From positions 194,370,001 through 194,434,000 of the forward strand of contig OX597815.1 of assembly GCA_951406725.2 (NCBI GenBank): DNA of 64,000 bases, written 5' to 3'. Shown here piece after piece: positions 53,674 to 64,000 of the stretch. The notes under the pieces are model-generated. The model saw nothing but the letters and a program-made list of their open reading frames with translations. It was not told where the DNA came from and searched no databases. Numbering within the stretch: position 1 is the first letter of the stretch; the number at the start of each line of letters is the position of its first letter. A program made the translations under genes and the position numbers. This DNA is from Octopus vulgaris. Its lineage: Eukaryota.

Positions 53674-53747
53674 TGTAGCTCATTCAGCGGTGGTGCCTCA
53701 GCATGGCTGCGGCCTTAGGGCTAAAACATTTTTAAGGATTTAAGGAT

Positions 53748-54273
<526 letters not shown>

Positions 54274-55384
54274 ATAAAAGGCAGATTTTATCTGCCTCCC
54301 TTTGTAAGTTATAGAAATCTACAATATAGGATTTCTTCAATTACAATTTACCTAGCATTTTTAAGAGTAGAATGCATCGGGTCATGCCAGGTCCAGTTTT
54401 AAAATTTAAACTCCAATTAAGCAAAATTTACAGAAAACTCACATTCTGGTGTGTATGTCAAATGCTTTTCTTAGTCTGGTTTACAGCACACGCAAACGTA
54501 CACACACAGTGTGCAACGAATAAAGTGAAACTAGATGTAATATTTAAAAAGAAAGCAGCAAACAGAAACAAATAAATACATAATGATTTACTCCTCACAC
54601 AATTTCTTCAATTAGACTTTACCTATGATTTTTCCAAGAAATTCCATTGGTTCATGCCATACAAAATTTCTTTCAATTTCACCCCCAATTAAGACAAAAT
54701 TCGAGAAAACTCAATATTTTAACATTTCACTTTGAAGCCTTTACTCTGCCTATTACTTCCACTTCCTCTTTAGACACATAGACACGCTAATATATACGAC
54801 AGTGTCAATTGTTGACAGACATTGTAAGCTAACGTGTGTGTGTGCGTGTGTGTCTGTGTGTGTGTGTGCGTGTGTGTGAGGGTGCGCGCGTGTGTGTGTG
54901 TGTGTGACAGGGACGACCCATTCAGACTGGTCATCCTTTTTGTTAGAAGATCACCTATGCTACACCACTGGTTTTCAGTTCATATTAATCAAATTAATAT
55001 TCACAAGAAGAAGGACTATTCATTATAATACATCAGTTCCATCGGACAACTGCACAAACATTTGCCATTTTACACATGTATGTAAACAAATTCCTTTCTT
55101 TTAGAATTTCAATTCATTTACTTTTTCAATTCATACAAAGTTATTTAGGACGAATATAACATCTAAAGTTATCTCTAAGAAGCAGAAAGATCGCCCAAAA
55201 GTGTATATAGATATTTAAATGTATTTATATATTCATCTATAAACACATGTATGTATAACGTGTGTGTATATATTTCCATAGAGGTAACCATTCACTCCTG
55301 CACAAAGTTTTTTAGGACGAAAATAACATCTAAAGCTATCTCTAAGTAGCAGTCGCCCAAAAGTGTATATAGACACACACATGT

Positions 55385-55425
55385 ATGTATAATGTGTGTG
55401 TATATATATGTATGTATATATATGT

Positions 55426-55465
<40 letters not shown>

Positions 55466-55467
55466 GT

Positions 55468-55507
<40 letters not shown>

Positions 55508-55508
55508 G

Positions 55509-55595
<87 letters not shown>

Positions 55596-55626
55596 GTATA
55601 TATATATATGTATATATATGTATATA

Positions 55627-55724
<98 letters not shown>

Positions 55725-55733
55725 TATATGTTA

Positions 55734-55768
<35 letters not shown>

Positions 55769-55778
55769 ACACACTCAC

Positions 55779-55842
<64 letters not shown>

Positions 55843-56030
55843 GTATATATATGTATATATATATGTATATATATATACGTATATATATATATATATTTAT
55901 ATATATATGTATATATTTATATATGTATATATATATGTATATATATATATATATATTTGTATATATATGTATATATATATGTATATATATATATATATTT
56001 GTATATATATGTATATATATGTATATATAT
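55385..56030. repeat. Long (TA)n/(TATG)n microsatellite
   Basis: Direct reading. Confidence 0.95.
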
Positions 56031-56101
56031 AATCATGAGTCGCCATGATAGATAGGTAGCCACTACACGCATTTTTTCTCTCCTTGTTTTTTTCTGTGTC
56101 C

Positions 56102-56137
56102 CTTTCTTTAGAAGAGCGTAGGCGCGAAACGTAAAAG
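56102..56137 (+). ncRNA. Decayed copy of the CUGUNGA hammerhead-like family
   Basis: cttt-CTTTAGA-a-gagc gtag gcgc-GAAA-CG-TA-aaag in a module 56031-56228 between (TA)n. Confidence 0.45.
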
Positions 56138-56225
56138 TCTATTTCAATTTCCTGAGCGTTATACTAATATATCTGTTTGTTTTATACACCACTTGTCTTC
56201 GTGCTTTGTTTTTTTCGTGAACTCT

Positions 56226-56281
<56 letters not shown>

Positions 56282-56344
56282 GTATACATATACATACACA
56301 CTCACACACACACACGCACACACTCACATAGACACATATATAAT

Positions 56345-56640
56345 ATTCAAAGGAATTCCAACTCTGTTTTTTTATGTTTTATTTATATTTTTTATAATAT
56401 TAATGTAGAATATAGAATATATAGTATAAATAGTATATATAGTAGAGTGAAATGAAGTATTGATTGCCTTAATAAATAGATGAAATATTGAATATCAAAT
56501 ATTAAATATTAAATAAGACAATCAATACTTCATTTTATTTTACTATATATATATTATTTATACTATATATTCTATATTAATATTATAAAAAATATAAATA
56601 AAACGTAAAAAACAGACAGAGCTGGAATTCCTTTGAATAA
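56345..56640. repeat. AT-rich imperfect palindrome with about 125-bp arms
   Basis: attcaaaggaattcca..aaatgaagtattgattg versus caatcaatacttcattt..tggaattcctttgaat. Confidence 0.85.
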
Positions 56641-56807
56641 TATATATATTCCCCTATACACAATCATACTATCGAAAAGTATTAAAAGTTTAATATAATA
56701 TAAAGAGTAAAACCACTACGATCGTTTCATGCCCATAAACAAATATATATATATATGGTGTCACATTAAGGTTGACTTTGATGAAATAACACTATCAGCA
56801 CGCCACA

Positions 56808-56841
<34 letters not shown>

Positions 56842-56900
56842 CGATGATCACCATCACCGCCGCCATCATCATCGCCGCCATCATCATCACCGTCACTACC
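56808..56900. repeat. (GGC)n plus (CAT/CGC)n trinucleotide repeats
   Basis: Direct reading. Confidence 0.9.
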
Positions 56901-57142
56901 ACCAATCCAAACAATAATAACATTGACAAGGAACCAACAAACGGCCCTCTGTGTGGTCGCACAGTCTGCTAGAAATAACAGCCGGATATCCTTCAAATTA
57001 CATACCACCAGCCCAAGTAAAATGAACTGAATAATGTGGACTTTGTTTCTTTGTTTTTAAGGAGAACGGGATGGCCACGGTTGGGATGCTGTTGATCACA
57101 TATCTACTCGATTACGATGTCTCAAGACTAACCAGCAACAAC

Positions 57143-57545
57143 GGAGGCGCAATGGCCCAGTGGTTAGGGCAGCGGACTCGCGGTCGGAGGATCGCGGTTT
57201 CGATTCCCAGACCGGCCGTTGTGTGTGTTTATTGAGCGAAAACACCTAAAAGCTCCACGATGCTCCGACAGGGGGTGGTGGCGACCCCTGTTGTACTCTT
57301 TCGCCCCAACTTTCTCTCACTCTTTCTTCCTGTTTCTTGTGTCCGACTTCCTACGCAACCGCTGAGCCTGGATGCGCATTCAATCCATCCGTCGATGCTC
57401 TCGGTGTCGGGGGTTGACCTGCTTTCTCTTCTGCGGGTCTTACGAATAGCAAAGGACCAGGTTTCGGACTTCTCCCACTACAGAGGCGCGATCTTGCGAG
57501 CTCTGGAACGAAGACCGCTTCGCTCAACAAACAAACAAACAAATA
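57143..57545 (+). mobile_element. SINE family C with (AAAC)n tail
   Basis: 13-bp TSD aaccagcaacaac; tRNA-Arg-like head with TCG in the anticodon position. Confidence 0.85.
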
Positions 57546-58006
57546 AACCAGCAACAACAATAACAAAAGACAAAAATAATATTAGATTGGAAATAAAAAG
57601 ACAATAAAGCAGAGAACAAAAGGAAAAGAAATGAGTAATTCCTCGACCGGAATCGAACGACACGTCTCTAACTCACTGGACAAAGAAGTTATTTGCTATG
57701 CAAGGAAGTGTAACGCCGACCCGATTATAATTACTATAGAGGTGTCCAGTTGTTTACTTAACCGTTAACTTGTCACGACCGTCACGTGTAACGTCTGGAA
57801 ATCATGTGCAGAACTACTCTTTCTCCTGCTAATATCTAATTTTATAAGATATTATATTGATTCAATGTATAGACAAGTATTAACCCTCAACCTCAATATG
57901 AAAACAAATTACAAACCATGAATAACTGAATTTATCATAATATGAATAAATTGCAAGCATAAATCATTGATTTCTAACAGAAGTACACGACAACTAACAC
58001 TCAGAG

Positions 58007-58047
<41 letters not shown>

Positions 58048-58076
58048 GTTTTTGGGAGTGCAATATAGTCGACTGT

Positions 58077-58690
58077 GGAGGCGCGTGGCTTAGTGGTTAG
58101 GGCGCCAGCATCATGATCTAAGATTGTGGTTTCGATTCCTGGACCGGGCGACGCGTTGTGTTCTTGAGCAAAACACTTCATTTCACGTTGTTCCAATCCA
58201 CTCAGCTGGCAAAAATGAGTAACGCTGCGAGGGACCGGCGTACCGTCCAGCTGGGGGAACACATACGCCATTGAAACCGGGAAACCGGGCCCATGAGCCT
58301 GGCTAGGCTTTACAAGGGCGCATTTATATTTATTTTTAATATAGTCGACTACAGCCGTTCATAATGTATGACTGGTGTGGCTTAGTGGTTAGGGCATTCG
58401 GCTCATGATCGTAAGGTTGTGAGTTCGATTCCCGGCGACGCGTTGTGTCCTTGAGCAAGACACTTTATTTCACGTTGCTCCAGTCCACTCAGCTGGCAAA
58501 AATGAGTTGTACTTGTATTTCAAAGGGTCAGCCTTGTCACTCTCTGTGTCACGCTGATTATCCCCGAGAACTACGTTAAGGGTACACGTGTCTGTGGAAT
58601 GCTCAGCCATTTGCACGTTAATTTCACGAGCAAGCTGTTCCGTTGATCGTATCAGCTGGGACCCTCGTCGTCGTAACCGGCGGAGTCTTT
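58077..58690 (+). mobile_element. Two adjacent family D SINEs (58077-58335 and 58375-58690)
   Basis: Two tRNA-like heads with different tails; first has TSD aatatagtcgact. Confidence 0.85.
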
Positions 58691-59034
58691 AATCGAATCC
58701 GAATAGGATGAATGCTTTTGCCAACACCAACAGAATGCAGGGGTTTCGATATAAGAACGTTGAAAGACGTAAATAAACCCATGCCTTATAAACCCATACT
58801 AACGATTCCGTCAATCTACCGCCCTTAGAATAAATTATATTAACCACTATTTTGAACAAAGTACAAACTGAAAGATATTGCAAAATATTATGTATGTGTA
58901 AAGAAAATAGAATGAAAAATAGAACATATGATTTGGGATTGATTCTCGTCATCACTTGTAGATAGGGTTCTCTTCTAAGCTGATTTTGCAGGGGATGGCT
59001 CTGGGTAGGGTACATACATACATACATGCGAACA

Positions 59035-59345
59035 TTGAAAAGGCAGTAAGACATGACATGATCATCATTAGAACCAAGGTCCCTCAAAATGTGCTGGTCT
59101 TTGGACGTATCTCCAAATATGGTGATGTCATGCACCCCCACATCTTTGAAGAGGGCCTTAGGCTCTATTCGGTCGGCTGTTTGAAGCTACTCGGGATTGT
59201 GGTCAAGTCCTACTGGAGAGGGTTGCTGTCGTAAGGCTACATGTGTGGCTGCTGTATCCAGTTCTTTGCAAGAGTCAGAAGTGGTTGTCGGGAAATTTCT
59301 GCGATTTTATCAGGCCCAATTTCTGGCTTCCCAATTCGCTCGATT
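59035..59345 (+). pseudogene. Tc1/mariner (maT/DD37D-like) transposase relic
   Basis: TKVPQNVLVFGRISKYGDVMHPHIFEEGLRL resembles TKFPxxVMVFGVVSxxGxxMPPHxF. Confidence 0.6.
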
Positions 59346-59880
59346 TATCGAGGAAAAGATTGATTAACATGTGTGTAGTGACATGAGAAATTTTCAGTCG
59401 AGGCAGGTTGAAAATAAGCAGTTATTCAGAACCAAATTCCTCTTTGACGAAATAAAATGAAGTACGAAAGATCTGGAAAACAGGTAGAATCTTCTTTTGA
59501 AATAATTGAGCTTTAATGCCATGTAAATTTTCTTCCGAATGTCTGCGCTCTGAGATCAAATCCCAAGATCGATTTTGCATTCTTTCTTTTCGGGTTCGAT
59601 AAATAAAGTATCAATCTAGATCGGTGAATTGCCGGAGCCGTTAGAACATCAGATGCTGTGCAGGATCTTTTGCAGTATCTGTTCATGCACACCGGTGGTC
59701 AAGATTTATCGATCTTGCCAACCCACTTGGATATTATCTGTTGCATGCATCTCTAACTGCATTTCCTGAAAAGCTTCCCAGGTCTTCATCTTGCAGAGAA
59801 ACTTCCCAGGAGCAAGAATTTTTAAGGTGAGTTTTGAATGAAGAGAACCTTACATTCAACATATCTTTGTATTATACATA

Positions 59881-60177
59881 GGCGTAGGAGTGGCTGTGTG
59901 GTAAGTAGCTTGCTTACGAACAACATGGTTCCGGGTATATATATATACCTGTGTGTGTGTGTGTGGTGTATATGTTTGTGTGTCTGTGTTTGTCCCCCCA
60001 ACATCGCTTGACAACCGATGCTGGTGTGTTTGCATCCCCGTAACTTAGTGGTTCGGCAAAAGAAACCGATCGAATAAGTACTAGGCTTCCAAAGAATAAG
60101 TCCTGGGGTCGATTCGCTCGACTAAATGTGGTGCTCCAGCATAGCCGCAGTCAAATGACTGAAACGAGTAAAAGAGT
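59881..60177 (+). mobile_element. SINE family B with internal deletion
   Basis: Head joined directly to microsatellite and tail. Confidence 0.85.
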
Positions 60178-60387
60178 GTAGCGATACAGGATCTGCTGTC
60201 ATGAGTAGAGTTGTCAATACTCTTTTCTTTAGAACTAAAATGGATGAGCGAGCAAGAAAATCTCTCCACTAGAAATAGCAGCCAAAAAACACTCTCCTTT
60301 CCTTCCCCCTCTCTTCTTCTGCTCTCTCTCGTACTCTCTCTGTTCCCCTCAGTTTCCCACCCCTCCCTCTCTCACACACACATTCAT

Positions 60388-60774
60388 GTGGAAGCACTCC
60401 GTCGGTTACGACGATGAGGGTTCCGGTTGATCAGAATCAACGGAACAGCCTGCTCGCGAAATTAACGTGTAAGTGGCTGAGCACTCCACTGACACATGCA
60501 CCCTTAACGTAGTTCTCGGGGATATTCAGCGTGACACAGAGAGTGACAAGGCCGGCCCCTTGAAATACAGGTACAACAGAAACAGGAAGTAAGAGTGAGA
60601 AAAAGTTGTGGTGAAAGAGTACAGCAGGGATCACCACCATCCCCTGCCGGAGCCTCGTGGAGCTTTTAGGTGTTTTCGCTTAATAAACACTCACAACGCC
60701 CGGTTTGGAAATCGAAACCGCGATCCTATGACCGCGAGTCCGCTGCCCTAACCATTGGGCCATTGCGATTCCAC
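60388..60774 (-). mobile_element. SINE family C
   Basis: Head as at 18133; tail as at 58500-58690. Confidence 0.85.
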
Positions 60775-61306
60775 AACACACACTCATACACACGTACAGG
60801 CACATTCTCATATTTTATTCAAACTTAGGAAAAAAAATGAAGGACACATTAGATAACACTCTCTTGAAATTAAGAACCTTTGGGTATACGTCTTCGCAGT
60901 TAAGATTGACCTTTGACCTAAACAGTAAGAAGCGTATACATTTCAAAGGCAGAACAAGTTATAACGCTCGTTCTTTTCCTAAGAAGCGATTCGAAATGAC
61001 TCGAAATGATTTTAAAACCGTATAGTGGTCTCTTCGTGTCTGGAGTGTGATTTATTACTTTAGAGTAAAGAGCTTGAAATATTGTCATCAGATAATTATT
61101 GAGTCTAACAGTTTTTTTAAAGGAGTTACCGAGACCTCTAATGATAGGTGCCTTTGCAAAGACCGTTTTTGTAATTGTTCATTAGAATTAATAAGAGACT
61201 TATGTAAAAACGAATGTACGAAGGCATTGTTGTTTATGGTCGTACGTATTTATGTTGACATTAATCGTGCCTCTGTTTGTATGTATGTCTATTGTGTATT
61301 GGTAGG

Positions 61307-61371
<65 letters not shown>

Positions 61372-62104
61372 ACGAGCGAGTGGGAAGTTATTCAAAGTGA
61401 TCTATAGATACCTTACATGAAAAGTATCTTGTTTAGTTGTTACTCTAGTACATAAAATAATATTTTGATCGGAGGCTATAAGGAAGTAAGAGCAATAAAA
61501 CTGGCAAGAGATCAAAGAAGTAATCAACTGATTAAACTGTCTCGAATATTTTATATTTATTATTCCTTAATTTACATTACAACTTTATTTATGTTTGTTT
61601 TTTATTTCCTCTTTAAACAATGAATATAGCGAATAAACAACTAAATAGAAATCAAGGCAAATAGTTCTACATCTTTTCGTAAATTCTTTATTCCATTTGT
61701 CACGCTCTTTCTATCACATTCTTTTTCCTATATATATATATATATATATATATCCTTATTCTTTCTTGCTTTTGTCTTGTCTTTCTTACTCTTTCTCTCT
61801 TTCTCTTTCAGTCACGATTATTTTATTATTTTGAATTGTTGTTTAACCGTTAGTCAGCTCTGGTCAAGGAGACACATGACCAACGATTATCCAGCTATAA
61901 ACATAGGCTTTTTTTTTCCTTTTCACACATAATCTACTCGGACAACATTATCTAAAATGTCCTCAATATAGTGTAATTTCAGTGAAATTTGGCTGTTGTT
62001 TCTAGAAGTTCAAGCGACAACGAAGAAGCTTCATAATTGGATCATCAATTGCCATAATGACATTTCATGCCAAGAAAAATTCAAACCCGAGCATTATTAT
62101 GTAT

Positions 62105-62291
62105 ACTCTTACTCTTTTACTCTTTTACTTGTTTCAGTCATTTGACTGTGGCCATGCTGGAGCAGCGCCTTTAGTCGAGCAAATCGACCCCAGGACTTAT
62201 TCTTTGTAAGCCTAGTACTTATTCTATCGGCCTCTTTTACCGAACCGCTAAGTTACGGTCAAGCGATGTTGGGGGGACAAACACAGACACA

Positions 62292-62338
<47 letters not shown>

Positions 62339-62503
62339 GCTTAAATATATACGACGGGCTTCTTTCAGTTTCCGTCTGCCAAATCCACTCACAAGGCTTT
62401 GGTCGGCCCGAGGCTACAGTAGAAGACACTTGCTCAAGGTGCCACTCAGCGGGACTGAACCCAGAACCATGTGGTTGGTAAGCAAGCTACTTACCACATA
62501 ACC
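62105..62503 (-). mobile_element. SINE family B
   Basis: Matches 4555-4955. Confidence 0.88.
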
Positions 62504-62504
62504 A

Positions 62505-62572
62505 TTCCTTAAATCCTTAAATCCTTAAAAATGTTTTAGCCTGAAGGCCGCGGCCATGCTGGGGCACCACAG
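62505..62572 (-). mobile_element. Extreme 3' end of the same LINE family as 51967-53747
   Basis: Minus: gtggtgccccagcatggccgcggccttcaggctaaaacatt(tttaagga)n. Confidence 0.85.
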
Positions 62573-63054
62573 CTGGTGGTGATACTGTTATTGTTCTTGT
62601 TTAGTCCCAGCTTGGAAGAGCAAGCCTATAATTAAAAAATGTTACAACTGTAGTTACTCAGTATTTTATTATGATATAGTGTGCCTGAGACTGTCTACAA
62701 CTACATTATCAGTGTGGCATTTATTTTTAAGACGATTGTGTGTAACTTGAAGAAGATTAGGCTGCTATTTTTGCAAGTCACTCAACTATTCTGTTGTAAA
62801 CAACAATTATCTTATCGTCCCTAAAACAATAGTCTTTGTATTTTCTCTGAGACATTACGCTCATCCTGTTATTCATTCCCGTTTCAACTGTCAGCAAAAA
62901 TTCCAACATTCTTAGAACATTCTAGAGGTGGTTACTCTGTTTAACCTAGATATCAAATACTACTATTCTGTAGCCCTGCCCCAAACTCACTCAACAAATT
63001 CGTACGTGTTAAATAGCGTGGAGTAAAAGTCTTGCTATTGTTTTAGCAATATGA

Positions 63055-63635
63055 TCCTTTCGACTAAAGGCACAAGGTCTGAAATTGTTGAGGAGGGGAT
63101 TAAGTCGATCACATCGACCCTAGTGTTTCGTTGGTATTTAATTTATCGGCCCCGAAAGGATACAAGGCAAAGTCGACCTCGCCGGAATTTGAACTCAGAA
63201 CGTAGCGGCAGACGAAATACCTATTTCTTTAGTACCCATGTGGGACTAAACACAGAGGACAAACAAGGACAGAAAGACGGATTAAGTCGATTATATCGAG
63301 CCAGTGCGTAACTGGTACTTAATTCATCGACCCCGAAAGGATGAAAGGCAAAGTTGACCTCGGCGGAACTTGAACTCAGAACGTAGCGGCAGACGAAATA
63401 CCTATTTCTTTATTACCCACAAGGGGCTAAACATAGAAGGGACAAACAAGGACAGACATAGGTATTAAGTCGATTACATCGACCCCAGTGCGTAACTGGT
63501 ACTTAATTTATCGACCCCGAAAGGATGAAAGGCAAAGTCGACCTCGGCGGAATTTGAACTCACAACGTAACGGCAGACGAAATACCACTAAGCATTTCGC
63601 CCGGCGTGCTATCGTTTCTGCCAGCTCGCCACCTT
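63055..63635 (-). mobile_element. SINE family A trimer
   Basis: Same architecture and junctions as 20717-21299. Confidence 0.9.
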
Positions 63636-64000
63636 CGTTTCTGCCAGCTGTGTAGTATTCTGTTGTTAGTTTAAGCTTCCCGATGCCACGTTAATGGTGA
63701 TTTGCTCATTGAAGGTTCTTCTCAAAGGTGTAGGCCCAGGGTAAGCTTGGCAGAATCGTTAGAGCGTCAAATACCATGACTTGAGGTCTTTGCTCCTGCT
63801 GTCTGTGCTATCAGTTCAAATTCTTTCGAGTTCAATTAACATTTCGTCCCTTCGGAGTCTATAAACAAAGTATTGGTCTGGTGTTCCTCCTACCACTCTT
63901 TCTCTTTCTCTCCAGTAGAAATCAATCGTGATCACACCTGGAGAGGGATGATCTCCATCAAGTTTAGATGACCATGACATGCTGTATGACCCAACGGCGC

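Noticed and set aside
56729-56917. Poly-Gly/poly-His ORF resembling a transcription factor
   Set aside because: Short, simple trinucleotide repeats with no domain or convincing splice sites
57143-57215. tRNA-Arg-like sequence
   Set aside because: Continues into a SINE body with a TSD, lacks a proper acceptor stem, and has multiple copies in the window

Overview
Repeat-dense eukaryotic intergenic or intronic DNA. It is AT-rich with very long (TA)n, (CA)n, (CTAT)n and (GA)n tracts. The SINE complement suggests an octopus genome (inference). No host protein-coding gene is supported. Nearly all ORFs in the track are microsatellite artefacts, and the only long real ORF is a 5'-truncated CR1/L2-type LINE reverse transcriptase (51967-53673). 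Other elements present: four tRNA-derived SINE groups, two non-autonomous Helitron families, two copies of a Merlin-like MITE with 8-bp TSDs (one carrying TTAGGG-type repeats), DD41D, mariner and maT transposase relics, Tx1/L1, CR1 and HERO-type LINE fragments, and Penelope-like (GIY-YIG) relics. The main hidden signal is about 15 complete and 4 half minimal type-I hammerhead-ribozyme-like motifs read by eye. Most have a palindromic helix III that differs between families and sit in 200-500 bp modules abutting (TA)n. They look like a diverse population of Penelope pLTR or retrozyme-like non-autonomous elements, several with recurrent non-canonical cores. Also notable are SINE multimers with a recurring junction and two SINE tails that match LINE 3' ends in the same window. 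Coordinates were read by eye and may be off by a few bases.
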